Positions 1-9,364 of a DNA stretch of 56,352 nt are shown here, in pieces. Where the stretch lies: NCBI GenBank assembly GCA_021785435.1, contig JAJYFE010000005.1:1-56352 (forward strand). Reading direction: 5' to 3'. This DNA is from Planctomycetota bacterium (GTDB taxonomy: Bacteria > Planctomycetota > Phycisphaerae > WQYP01). Below the pieces are notes generated by a model that ran no database searches, was not told where the DNA came from, and saw nothing but the letters and a program-made list of their open reading frames with translations. Every line of letters starts with the position of its first letter. Within the stretch, counting starts at the first letter, position 1. The translations under genes and the position numbers were made by a program.

Positions 1-1173
1 CATGTACGGTTGACGGGTCAGATTACCCGCAAATAACAGCCGGGTACCGATCTTCTTTTCATTTAAATGGTTGATCAGATCGACCCGCGTGAACGGGGCG
101 TCGTCCCGGATGGTGATGGGAAAACCAAACCAGGATGGTTGGCTCTTCGCGGTGGCCTGCGGCAGAATTAAAAATTCCTGCAAGCCGTCGAGCCGCCGCC
201 TTAAGTGCTCGAAATTGGCCTGGCGCGCCGCGCTGAAACGCGGCAGTTTATCCAGTTGGGCCAGGCCACAGGCTGCCTGCATATCCGTGATTTTCATGTT
301 GTATCCCATATGCGAGTAGATATATTTATGATCGTAGCCGAAGGGCAAATCCCCCAACTGCCAGCCAAAACGCTTTTTACAGGTATTCTCATGTCCCGGG
401 GCACAATAGCAGTCGCGGCCCCAATCCCGATAAGAGGCCAGAATAAGTTGCAGCAATGGGCTGCCGGTGAACACCGCGCCGCCTTCGCCCATGGTGATAT
501 GATGGGCGGGGTAGCAGCTTAAAGTCCCCACGTCGCCGAAACCGCCTACGGGCCGGCCGGCATAGCGGGCCCCCAGGGCGTCGCAGCAATCCTCCACCAG
601 CCACAAACGGTGGCGGCGGCAGAATTCCCCCACCGCGTCCAGGTTGCAGGGATTGCCCAACGTATGGGCCAGCATCACCGCGCGGGTATGGGGGCTTAGA
701 GCCTCGGTCAGATAACGGACGTCGATGTTGTAGGTGGGAATCTCCACATCCACAAAAACCGGCGTGGCCCCGTTCTGCATGATCGGATTGACCGTGGTGG
801 GAAAACTTGCGGCGACGGTGATGACTTCATCGCCGGGCTGGATAGCGCGCTTACCGAGTTTCGGAGAACACAGCGCGGTGAAAGCAAGTAGATTAGCCGA
901 GGATCCGGAATTGACGCTCAGCACGTATCGCGTTTGTAGAAGTTCTGCCAGCTTGTGTTCCAAAGCCGTGTTGAAACGACCGGCGGTCAACCAGCCGTCC
1001 AAAGCTGCTTCAATGATGGCGCGGGTTTCGGCCGCATCAATCACCCGGCCCGCCGGCGGGATAATCGTGACCCCCGGTTCAAAATGCTTTTCCGGGGCCG
1101 CCGCGACATATTGCTCAGCCAATTGGAGGATTTGCTGGCGTAATTCGTCCTGGCTATTTATCGCCTTGTCCAT
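1..1173 (-). CDS. rfbH: CDP-4-keto-6-deoxy-D-glucose 3-dehydrase (RfbH/DdhC); 3' end runs off the window
   Basis: Manual translation from ATG 1173: [16 protein letters not shown]...[11 protein letters not shown]...EDCCDALG...[13 protein letters not shown] (His in place of the PLP Lys, the E1 signature) and [14 protein letters not shown] (Fe-S motif). Lies downstream of rfbFG. Confidence 0.92.
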   Translation of the reverse strand, partial: MDKAINSQDELRQQILQLAEQYVAAAPEKHFEPGVTIIPPAGRVIDAAETRAIIEAALDGWLTAGRFNTALEHKLAELLQTRYVLSVNSGSSANLLAFTALCSPKLGKRAIQPGDEVITVAASFPTTVNPIMQNGATPVFVDVEIPTYNIDVRYLTEALSPHTRAVMLAHTLGNPCNLDAVGEFCRRHRLWLVEDCCDALGARYAGRPVGGFGDVGTLSCYPAHHITMGEGGAVFTGSPLLQLILASYRDWGRDCYCAPGHENTCKKRFGWQLGDLPFGYDHKYIYSHMGYNMKITDMQAACGLAQLDKLPRFSAARQANFEHLRRRLDGLQEFLILPQATAKSQPSWFGFPITIRDDAPFTRVDLINHLNEKKIGTRLLFAGNLTRQPYM

Positions 1174-1361
1174 ACCGCCAGTGTACCGCCTTTCTTTTGC
1201 AGCGTAGACGACCCGCCCGCCTGTTGTACCGCAGGCCGGAGAATCGCCGCGGAGACCGTCCCGGCGGGCGCTGCTGCCGTTCCTGATGCGGACAGCATGC
1301 CCCTGCTACCACCGCCGTTTACCGACAGGACGCCCGCGCTACCTGGGCCGCCGCGCCAGGC

Positions 1362-2495
1362 TTAACGCCCGGGCGCCCGAATGCGGGCGGTTTCCGTTGG
1401 CACGCCGATCGCGTCGCTCTCGAAAGCGTCGATCTGACTTAAACCAAACGTCCGCATATCCTCGCCCACCAAATAGGCCCGATACCAACGCACGGTTTCC
1501 TCCACCGCCCGGGCCAATCGCCAACACGGTCGCCAGCGTAATTGGGTGACCGCCTTGTCGATATTAAGGCGCAGCGCGCCGGCCTCCGGTGGCTGCCGCG
1601 GGTCGCTCTGGTCCACCCACGTTCCGCCGCCCCAAGCGGCACAAAAACGTTGCACCAACTGCCGAACCGAAGTCTCTGCCCCATGCTGCGGGCCGAAGTT
1701 CCAGGCACTGCACAGCGCGGCTTCATCTGAGCGCAGCATCCGGTCCGCCAGCGTCAGATAACCCGCCAATGGATCGAGCACATGTTGCCAGGGGCGAATA
1801 GCCTCCGGATTACGCACGGGAATGGGTGTGCCTTTCGACAAATGGGTGATGGCATCGACTGCGATCCGGTCCGGCGCCCAGTCGCCCCCGCCGAGCACGT
1901 TGCCCGCCCGCACCGAGGCCAGCTTGAGGCGATGCTCCCGCACCCGCTCCGGGGCGAAAAACGACCGCCGATACGCCGCGGTAACCAGCTCGGCCGCGGC
2001 CTTGCTGGCGCTGTATGGGTCGGTTCCGCCGAGAGGATCGGTTTCCCGGAATTCACGCCTGGCCTCGCAATTCTCATAGCACTTGTCGCTGGTGACGATG
2101 AGCACCACGCAGCCGCGGCCGCGCCGGCGCACCGCTTCCAGCAGGTTGGCGGTTCCCAGCGCGTTGATCTCGAACGTTTCACGCGGTTGCGCATAACCGG
2201 TGCGAACCAGCGCCTGGGCGGCCAGATGAAATATGACTTCTGGATCCGCCGCATTAAGCGCCGCCTGCAAGCGCGGCACATCCCGAACATCCGCTTCGGT
2301 ATGGCCGGTGAAAAGCGAGCGCACCTGCGCCGCTTCAAAATGGTTGGGATGGGTCGGCGGCGGCAGAGCGTAGCCGAAGAGCTGGGCGCCCAGGCGGTGC
2401 AGCCACAGACTCAACCAGGATCCTTTGAATCCCGTGTGCCCGGTCAGAAAAACCCGCCGGCCATGCCAAAGGCGCTCGTCGAGGAAATCGGTCAT
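1362..2495 (-). CDS. rfbG: CDP-glucose 4,6-dehydratase
   Basis: LTGHTGFKGSWL, HLAAQALV, TSDKCY, YSASK and RPWQHVLDPL motifs. ATGA overlap with the rfbF stop supports a start at 2495. Confidence 0.95.
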   Translation of the reverse strand: MTDFLDERLWHGRRVFLTGHTGFKGSWLSLWLHRLGAQLFGYALPPPTHPNHFEAAQVRSLFTGHTEADVRDVPRLQAALNAADPEVIFHLAAQALVRTGYAQPRETFEINALGTANLLEAVRRRGRGCVVLIVTSDKCYENCEARREFRETDPLGGTDPYSASKAAAELVTAAYRRSFFAPERVREHRLKLASVRAGNVLGGGDWAPDRIAVDAITHLSKGTPIPVRNPEAIRPWQHVLDPLAGYLTLADRMLRSDEAALCSAWNFGPQHGAETSVRQLVQRFCAAWGGGTWVDQSDPRQPPEAGALRLNIDKAVTQLRWRPCWRLARAVEETVRWYRAYLVGEDMRTFGLSQIDAFESDAIGVPTETARIRAPGR

Positions 2496-3262
2496 GGCCA
2501 TACTTTCCAGGGCGCGGCGCCTTGCTCCCACAACATTTCCAGATGCTGCTTGTCCCGCAACATATCCATCGGCCGCCAGAATCCGCGGTGCTGGAACGCC
2601 TGCAGTTGGCCTTCCCGGGCCAGCCGTTCCAGCGGCTCGGCCTCCCAGAGGGTTTCATCACCGGCGATATAGTCGAGTACGTCGGTCTTTAAAACAAAAA
2701 AGCCGCCATTGATCCACCCCCCGTCACCAGGGGGTTTTTCCAGAAAGTTTTTCACGGTCCGGCCCTGGATATTCAAGGCCCCGAAACGACCGGGAGGCTG
2801 CACCGCGGTGATGGTGGCCTTGCACCCGTGACTGGCATGAAATGCCAACAGCTGTTTGATGTTTACATCGGCCAGGCCGTCGCCGTAAGTCAGGCAGAAA
2901 TCCTCCGCTCCCAGATATTCCCGTACGCGCCGCAGGCGCCCACCGGTTTGAGTTTTGTCGCCGGTATCCACCAACGTCACCTGCCAGGGTTCGGCTTGGT
3001 TTTGATGCGTGGTTACCTGGTTCCTGGCCAAGTCCACGGTTAGATCGGAGACGTGCCAATGGTAGTTCAGGAAATATTCCTTGATCATGTACCCCTTGTA
3101 ACCCAGGCACACGATGAAGTCCTTCAGCCCGTGCGCCGCGTATAACTTCATTATGTGCCATAGGATCGGCCGCCCCCCTATTTCCACCATCGGCTTGGGG
3201 CGCAAGGAGGTTTCCTCGCTAAGTCGCGTTCCCAAGCCACCCGCCAGAATCACCGTTTTCAA
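2492..3262 (-). CDS. rfbF: glucose-1-phosphate cytidylyltransferase
   Basis: ILAGGLGTRLSEET..PKPMVEIGGRPILWHIMK, TYGDG and INGGFF motifs; TTG start. Confidence 0.96.
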   Translation of the reverse strand: MKTVILAGGLGTRLSEETSLRPKPMVEIGGRPILWHIMKLYAAHGLKDFIVCLGYKGYMIKEYFLNYHWHVSDLTVDLARNQVTTHQNQAEPWQVTLVDTGDKTQTGGRLRRVREYLGAEDFCLTYGDGLADVNIKQLLAFHASHGCKATITAVQPPGRFGALNIQGRTVKNFLEKPPGDGGWINGGFFVLKTDVLDYIAGDETLWEAEPLERLAREGQLQAFQHRGFWRPMDMLRDKQHLEMLWEQGAAPWKVWP

Positions 3263-3569
3263 GGCGCCGCTCCTGTCCGCGCATTAATTTTAACAAATTT
3301 ACCGCGGCACAGCGCTGCCGACCGCCAGGCGGGTGGCCATGTTTTTCACCGGCAGTGGCCGTTTTTCCGGGGGCGTCGCCGCGGCAGGCATTTTGTTGGT
3401 AGGGCGGCCGTCTCTCGTTATCCCCCCCGGTGGGACCGCGCACGTCACGCAAGGGCTACTGCCTCGAAATAGCCGAAGGCGGAGGATCTCGTCGCGTCGG
3501 CGGGGATACCGGAGGAGGCGCGGCTGAAGCAGGAGATTCAGGCTTGGCTGGCGGCGGTTGCGGTGACCA

Positions 3570-3870
3570 ATGTTCAAAACGCGCAAAAGGATCGCCGCTG
3601 CAGTGCCGCTCGCCGTGGCGACGGGTTACCCCGGGGAATTGGCCCGGCGGCAGGTTCGTGTGCTGTGCCTGCCGCCATATTCTCCAGGCTTCAATCTCGT
3701 CGAGTGCAGGTGGAGCCAAGTCAAGGCCTATCTCCGTATCGCCAAGGCGCGGACCTTCTCCGCCTTGCTGCAGAGTGGGCCAGGCGATCGCCCAAGTCAC
3801 GCCCGCTGCTTGCCGGGCCTAATTCCAAAATTGCGGATACGCTACATCAAGATGAAAAGTGAGCTTGTAG
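3570..3870 (+). pseudogene. IS630-family transposase C-terminal remnant
   Basis: LPPYSPGFNLVECRWSQVKAYLR matches the IS630 LPxYSPxxNPIExxWxxxK motif. A shifted frame continues QVTPAACRA*FQNCGY, so there is a frameshift and a premature stop. Confidence 0.8.
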
Positions 3871-4099
3871 GTTACGCCGTTTTTTTTACTCTGCCCACAA
3901 CTTTTGATAGTGGCTCCCAGCACTGCGGTAAAAATCGCGGTAGGCACGCCCTCTGAGTGACCGATGACACCGATGCCTCCGGCTCGACTTCCGGGCGGCC
4001 GGGCTTGGTATGGCTGATCATGGCCCCTGGGCGGGGCCTAGCTTTGTCACCACATAGCTTTCGGGTACCCCGGCTGCCGCCATTCACCGGGTCGCCGTA

Positions 4100-4363
4100 G
4101 CGACTCCCAGACAGGATCAAGTTCGCCAAGACCCGCCCCAGGGGCCAGTTGGACCACACCCGCAGGCACAAGACGCGATGAAAATTGCTCCAATGGGCTG
4201 GGGCAAGGCCGCCCACGGCACGCACCATATTACTGACCGTGCGCTGCCGCAGATCCAGGATGGCGCCGAGCGTCAGGACCATCGCTCGCTGGAGATTGGG
4301 ACGGGTAAAGGCTATAGAGGAACGGGACCATAGCGGCTCGGCCGCTTGCGGCATGCACCACAT
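4100..4363 (-). pseudogene. IS701/IS4-like DDE transposase N-terminal remnant
   Basis: AFTRPNLQRAMVLTLGAILDLRQRTVSNMVR...HWSNFHRVL..RVWS resembles the N-terminus of IS701-like transposases. Similarity is lost after about 85 aa. Confidence 0.65.
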
Positions 4364-4686
4364 ATTGGATTCCTTTCCGTTTCGTTTGGTGACTCCCTAC
4401 GAAGAGAGGGCGGAATCCGATTTTTAAGGGATGCGGCTAGGTTCAGGTACCGGAGCCTCACCGCCTGAGATCAGCTTTGCCGAACTGCGTGAGGCTCAAA
4501 AACGGGGCAAAAGTTGAGCTAAAGGATTGAGAGATGGTTGGAAGACCCCTGTGGGGGGGGGCGGGCATCTCGCCGCCGCGAGTCGCCCCGCGGCAGCGGG
4601 TAAACTGTGACGACCGGCCCGATGGCAGCCTCGAAAGCCGCCCTCCAAGGGGCGGTCCACTGGCCCCGACCGCGCTGGTTTCAATC

Positions 4687-5502
4687 TTACGTGCCTGTGG
4701 TATAGCGGGATAGCTCGGTGCGCAGGAAGGTGGCGGCGCGGGCGGCGGCGGGGTTGGACAGGTCGCGCACGTCCGCAACGATGGGACCGTGGAAATCGAT
4801 TTCGCGCAAGGCGGACAGTATTTTTTCCGGCTGTGCCTGGCCGCAACCAAGTTCCACCGGGCGCAGCGCATTACCGCTGCGGACCGCATCGGCGCACGTC
4901 CACAGACCAATCCGACCGGCGAGCGTTGGCAGCGCGGATTGCAGATTGTCGCCGGCGCCGAGCAGGCGCAATGTGTCCAGATTCGCCTGGACCCATGGTG
5001 CGTTTATGACCGCGAGAATCCGGGCCAAAGGCGCCACAGCGCTGCTACTTAGCGCCAACTGGATTCCCACGCGATCCGCCTGCTCGGCCAGGGCGTCCAC
5101 GGCCCTGCGCCAGGTCTCCGGGGGTGGCGCCCCGGGGCCTGGATCGCCCAGATAAACCGACACCGTCGGTGCTTTTAAATCCCCGGCCAGCTGGATAGCT
5201 GCCAACGCCTCGGTGACGCAACGGTCTACCGTGGCGGGATCAAAAATTCCTCCCGCGCGGGCACCGCTGCGCAAACACGTAAGTTGCAGGCCGCGCGACG
5301 CCAGCGTGCGCCGCAAATGCCGCCGCCCCGTTGGGCCGAGGTTCGCCGGCGCCAGGGTTCGATGGCGGGCGCCCACCGCCACGCCGGAGAAACCCGCGCC
5401 CGCGGCCAGATCCATCGCGGCCCGTAAATCATCGCCCAACGGATCGAGGGCTAAAGCGGCTCGGAAAAGCGCGGGAGAATTGGGGTTAAGCGGCGGGGTC
5501 AT
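4687..5502 (-). CDS. sugar phosphate isomerase/epimerase (xylose isomerase-like TIM barrel), metal ligands look degenerate
   Basis: AP_endonuc_2-like pattern (A..AGF.GV, NLD, LG.G, L.EIDFHGPI). Downstream of and co-oriented with ymdB. Confidence 0.7.
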   Translation of the reverse strand: MTPPLNPNSPALFRAALALDPLGDDLRAAMDLAAGAGFSGVAVGARHRTLAPANLGPTGRRHLRRTLASRGLQLTCLRSGARAGGIFDPATVDRCVTEALAAIQLAGDLKAPTVSVYLGDPGPGAPPPETWRRAVDALAEQADRVGIQLALSSSAVAPLARILAVINAPWVQANLDTLRLLGAGDNLQSALPTLAGRIGLWTCADAVRSGNALRPVELGCGQAQPEKILSALREIDFHGPIVADVRDLSNPAAARAATFLRTELSRYTTGT

Positions 5503-5526
5503 AACACGTATTTCATTCGCAAAAGC

Positions 5527-6375
5527 CTATCGTTCACCACCGGCGCCGCCGCCTTTGCCATCATCGGCATCATAGGCGGCCGCAGTGGCGGCGCCCGCCC
5601 GATCGCAGCGGACGATGGACAAGGCGCGGCCGGAGTTTTCATCCACGCTGGCCAGCACGCCGCAGAGGCGCGGATCGCCGGTGGCGATTTCAAAAAAGCA
5701 GGGCATGCCGGTGAGCAAATGCTTAAGCACGCGATCTTTTTTCCGGCCCAGGATGCTGTCATAGGGGCCAGTCATGCCGGCATCGGAAACGAACGCTGTG
5801 CCGCCGGGCAGCACGCGGGCGTCCGCGGTGGGCGTGTGGGTATGCGTACCGAAGACGACCGAGGCCCGGCCATCCAGATGCCAGCCCATCGCGATTTTTT
5901 CGCTGCTGGCCTCCGCATGGAAATCAACGATGCGCAGCCGCACGCCCGCCGGCAGCGCTTCCAGCATTCGATCGACCGCATAAAACGGATCATCCAGCGG
6001 CTTCATGTACAGGCGACCCATCACCTGCAGCACCGCGACCTCCAACCCAGCTCGGCTCTTCACCACCGTGCAACCCTTGCCCACGGCGGGGGGCGGATAA
6101 TTCCCCGGACGGATCAGCTGCGGGGACGATTCCAGCAGCGGCATGATCTCCCGTTTGCGGTAGGTGTGATCCCCCAGGGTGCACACATCGACGCCGCAGG
6201 CCAAAAGTTTTTGAAAAATAGCGGGCGTCAGGCCAGAACCACCGGCGGCGTTTTCCGCATTAGCGATCACCAGATCAATGCGCTCGCGCTCAATCAGCCC
6301 CGGCAGGAGATCCGCCAGCACCTGTCGGCCTGGTTTGCCGATGATATCGCCCAGACACAGAATTTTGACAGGCAA
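5527..6375 (-). CDS. ymdB: YmdB-family (TIGR00282) metallophosphoesterase / 2',3'-cyclic nucleotide phosphodiesterase
   Basis: GDIIGKPGR, ANAENAAGG.G, TLGDH, DFHAEASSEK, GTHTHTPTAD and DAGMTGP motifs. A TTG start at 6375 is more likely than the ORF-track start at 6450. Confidence 0.92.
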   Translation of the reverse strand: MPVKILCLGDIIGKPGRQVLADLLPGLIERERIDLVIANAENAAGGSGLTPAIFQKLLACGVDVCTLGDHTYRKREIMPLLESSPQLIRPGNYPPPAVGKGCTVVKSRAGLEVAVLQVMGRLYMKPLDDPFYAVDRMLEALPAGVRLRIVDFHAEASSEKIAMGWHLDGRASVVFGTHTHTPTADARVLPGGTAFVSDAGMTGPYDSILGRKKDRVLKHLLTGMPCFFEIATGDPRLCGVLASVDENSGRALSIVRCDRAGAATAAAYDADDGKGGGAGGER

Positions 6376-6459
6376 GAGCGGTCCTTTCAAGGTTTCAGGT
6401 TTTAGCGGCGGCCAGCGGGGGCCTAGCGTTGAGCCCGTGGCATCTGGCATCTAATGCGT

Positions 6460-6600
6460 TGTCAAACCATAAATTTCGGGTTGGAGAAAGAGCCTCAGAC
6501 TCACCACCGAACCCGAAGCACCGGCCTCCGGGTCGCCGCGGCGACCCGGTGAACGGCTTCCGGACGCGACACCCGGAAGTTAAGCAGTGACCAAGCACTA
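6460..6600 (-). ncRNA. candidate structured RNA / cis-regulatory element, copy A (6S RNA not excluded)
   Basis: Collinear similarity to 46537-46689. Contains the 22-nt palindrome CCGGGTCGCCGCGGCGACCCGG and can be folded by eye into a long irregular hairpin with G-U pairs on the minus strand. Confidence 0.55.
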
Positions 6601-6775
6601 GCCTCTGGCATGTGGCATCTGGTACCTGCAACCCTGCAACCTGCGCCATCGTAACGGCTCCGGGGGCAGATGGGAAATCGCGAGGATTGCCGTGGGCAAG
6701 ACGGTGGCTAGAATAGTTCGGGTCGGGGCAAGCTAAGACCACCATGGCGGGGGCGCTGCCATATGGAATACGGCC

Positions 6776-8149
6776 ATGAATGCGCTGTTGTTATCACGAA
6801 TTCAATTCGGATTAACGGTTTCCTTCCATTATCTTTTCCCGCCTTTGAGCATAGGTTTGGGATTGTTGCTGGTTATTATGGAAGGCCTGTATCTGAAAAC
6901 CGGCCAGAAAGTTTATGAGCGGATGACCCGCTTTTGGCTGAAGATATTCGCTTTGACCTTCGGCTTGGGCGTGGCCACCGGCATTGTGATGGAATTTGAA
7001 TTTGGAACGAACTGGGCCAATTATTCGCGCTTTGTCGGCGACGTGTTCGGCGCCCCGTTGGCGGCGGAAGGGATTTTCGCCTTTTTTCTGGAATCAGGTT
7101 TTTTGGCGCTGCTGTTGTTCGGATGGGAAAAAGTCGGCCGCAAAATGCATTTTCTCTCGACGGTGTTGGTGGCGCTCGGGTCCATGTTCAGCGCCGTCTG
7201 GATCAACGTGGCCAATTCCTGGATGCAAACCCCGGCCGGTTTTCGTTTAGCCAGGCCTAACGGTGTGGTGCGGGCGCAGATGGTCAGCTTCTGGCAGGTG
7301 GTGTTTAATCCATCGACCATCGACCGTTTGGTGCATGTGCTGTTGGGGGCGTTTCTGGCCGGGGCGTTCCTGGTGCTGAGCGTGTCGGCGTGGTATCTGC
7401 TCAAGCAGCGGCATGTGGACCTGGCCCGCCGCGCCATGCGGATCGGCCTGCTGGTGGCCGTGATCGGGGCATGGTTGCAACTGGTCAGCGGGGACTTCAA
7501 CGCCCGGATGATCGCCCGGTATCAGCCGGCCAAGCTGGCCGCGTTTGAGGGGGCTTTCCCCGCCCATGCGCCGGAAGGCTTAGGCCTTGCCGGGTGGGTA
7601 AATCAGGCCCGGAGGAAAGTCTATGAATTACAGATTCCCGGTTTGTTAAGCTGGCTGCTTTATGGCAAAACCACGCGACCGGTGGAAGGGCTGGACGCCT
7701 TTCCCACCTCGGATTGGCCGCCGGTGAATCCCGTTTTTCAGTCTTATCACGCGATGGTCGCCATTGGCATATTGCTGATTGGGATCACCTTTCTGGGGGT
7801 GTTTTACTGGTGGCGCGGCACGTTATGGACGAAGCGCTGGCTGCTCTGGGTGTTTGTATTCGCAGTGATCGGTCCGCAGCTGGCTAATGAGTTGGGGTGG
7901 TTTTCCGCGGAAGTCGGCCGCCAGCCCTGGATTGTGTACGGGGTTCTGAAGACGGCGCAGGGCGTTTCGCCGAATGTGACGGCGGGGGAAGTGCTCACCA
8001 GCACCATTGGTTTTTCGGTGATTTATTTGCTGTTGGCGGTGCTGTTTTTCTATCTGCTGGATCGCAAAATCCGCCAAGGTCCGGAAGAGGCCCCGCTGTA
8101 TTTCCCGCCGGATGCTCCGTTGCCGCAGCACGGGCGGATGGACGCGTGA
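6776..8149 (+). CDS. cydA: cytochrome bd ubiquinol oxidase subunit I (short Q-loop)
   Basis: SRIQF...FHYLF, EFGTNW, NSWMQTP, QPAKLAAFEG and EVGRQPW motifs. Confidence 0.97.
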   Translation: MNALLLSRIQFGLTVSFHYLFPPLSIGLGLLLVIMEGLYLKTGQKVYERMTRFWLKIFALTFGLGVATGIVMEFEFGTNWANYSRFVGDVFGAPLAAEGIFAFFLESGFLALLLFGWEKVGRKMHFLSTVLVALGSMFSAVWINVANSWMQTPAGFRLARPNGVVRAQMVSFWQVVFNPSTIDRLVHVLLGAFLAGAFLVLSVSAWYLLKQRHVDLARRAMRIGLLVAVIGAWLQLVSGDFNARMIARYQPAKLAAFEGAFPAHAPEGLGLAGWVNQARRKVYELQIPGLLSWLLYGKTTRPVEGLDAFPTSDWPPVNPVFQSYHAMVAIGILLIGITFLGVFYWWRGTLWTKRWLLWVFVFAVIGPQLANELGWFSAEVGRQPWIVYGVLKTAQGVSPNVTAGEVLTSTIGFSVIYLLLAVLFFYLLDRKIRQGPEEAPLYFPPDAPLPQHGRMDA

Positions 8150-8293
8150 AGGTTAGCCCGGCGGCCCGCCGGCCGACCGAGCCGCGACCGTCAGGGAGCG
8201 GTCCAACCCCGCCGCCGGTTGGTTAGCTCGGCGGCCCGCACGCCGGTTGGTGGCGCAGGGACGCGGGCACGGCGGAGGCTGGAGTGTAGAGTG

Positions 8294-9310
8294 ATGAATC
8301 TGCATATTATTTGGTTCACTTTATTGGGCGTGTTGTTCGCCGGTTACGCCATCCTGGACGGCTTTGATTTCGGGGTGGGCATGTTGTTGCTGCTGGTGCG
8401 CGATGACCAGGAGCGCCGGCTGTTACTGAACAGCATCGGACCGGTTTGGGACGGCAACGAGGTGTGGCTGGTCACGGGCGGCGGCGCCATGTTCGCGGCT
8501 TTTCCCGGCGTATACGCGACGACTTTTTCCGGTTTTTATCTGGTGTTTATGGCCCTGCTGCTGGCGCTAATTTTTCGGGCCGTATCCATTGAGTTCCGCA
8601 GCAAGGAACCGATGGCGTGGTGGCGGCGGCTTTGGGACACCTGCTTCTTCCTGGGCTCCCTGCTGGCGGCGCTGTTGCTGGGCGCCTTCGTCGGAAATCT
8701 GGCGCACGGCGTTCCGCTGAACCATGCGGGCAATTTTACGGGCAGCTTCTGGAGCCTGTTGAATCCGTATGCGCTGCTGGTCGGCGTAACCACGGTGGCG
8801 CTATTCCTGATGCACGGGGCGATTTATCTGGTGATGAAGACCGAAGGAGCCTTGCACGATCGTATTCGCGGTTGGGTCAACAACGCCATTATTTTCTTTA
8901 TTATCTGCGCCGTCACCACGACCTTGACGACCCTGCTGTACGTACCGCACATGGTCACCGCGTTCCGACTGCACCCAGGGTTGTTTATGGTGCCCTTGTT
9001 GATGATGCTGGCCATCGCCAACGTGCCGCGGGAGATTCACCACCGGCGCGATTGGGCGGCGTTCTGCTCCAGTGCCGGGGCGATCGTGCTGCTGATGGCT
9101 CTGCTGGGTATCGGGCTGTTTCCGGACCTGGTTTACGCTACCAACCAGGCGGCTTACAGTTTGACCATTTACAATGCTTCCTCAACGGGACACACCTTGG
9201 GGGTGATGTTGGTGATTGCCTTCATCGGTATACCGCTCGTTCTGCTTTATACCACTTATATTTACTGGGTTTTCCGGCATAAAGTACGTCTGGACGCGCA
9301 CAGCTATTAG
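8294..9310 (+). CDS. cydB: cytochrome bd ubiquinol oxidase subunit II
   Basis: YAILDGFDFGVG and GPVWDGNEVWLV motifs; follows cydA; ATG 8294 downstream of GGAG. Confidence 0.96.
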   Translation: MNLHIIWFTLLGVLFAGYAILDGFDFGVGMLLLLVRDDQERRLLLNSIGPVWDGNEVWLVTGGGAMFAAFPGVYATTFSGFYLVFMALLLALIFRAVSIEFRSKEPMAWWRRLWDTCFFLGSLLAALLLGAFVGNLAHGVPLNHAGNFTGSFWSLLNPYALLVGVTTVALFLMHGAIYLVMKTEGALHDRIRGWVNNAIIFFIICAVTTTLTTLLYVPHMVTAFRLHPGLFMVPLLMMLAIANVPREIHHRRDWAAFCSSAGAIVLLMALLGIGLFPDLVYATNQAAYSLTIYNASSTGHTLGVMLVIAFIGIPLVLLYTTYIYWVFRHKVRLDAHSY

Positions 9311-9364
9311 AATCCCCCATGAAACAAGGCGTCCAGAATCTTATTCGGTTGGAGGTTCCCAGGC

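Noticed and set aside
6545-6580. GUCCGGAAG segment suggesting SRP (4.5S) RNA
   Set aside because: The SRP CAGG...GGAA...AGCAG internal-loop context is missing, and the segment is not conserved in copy B.
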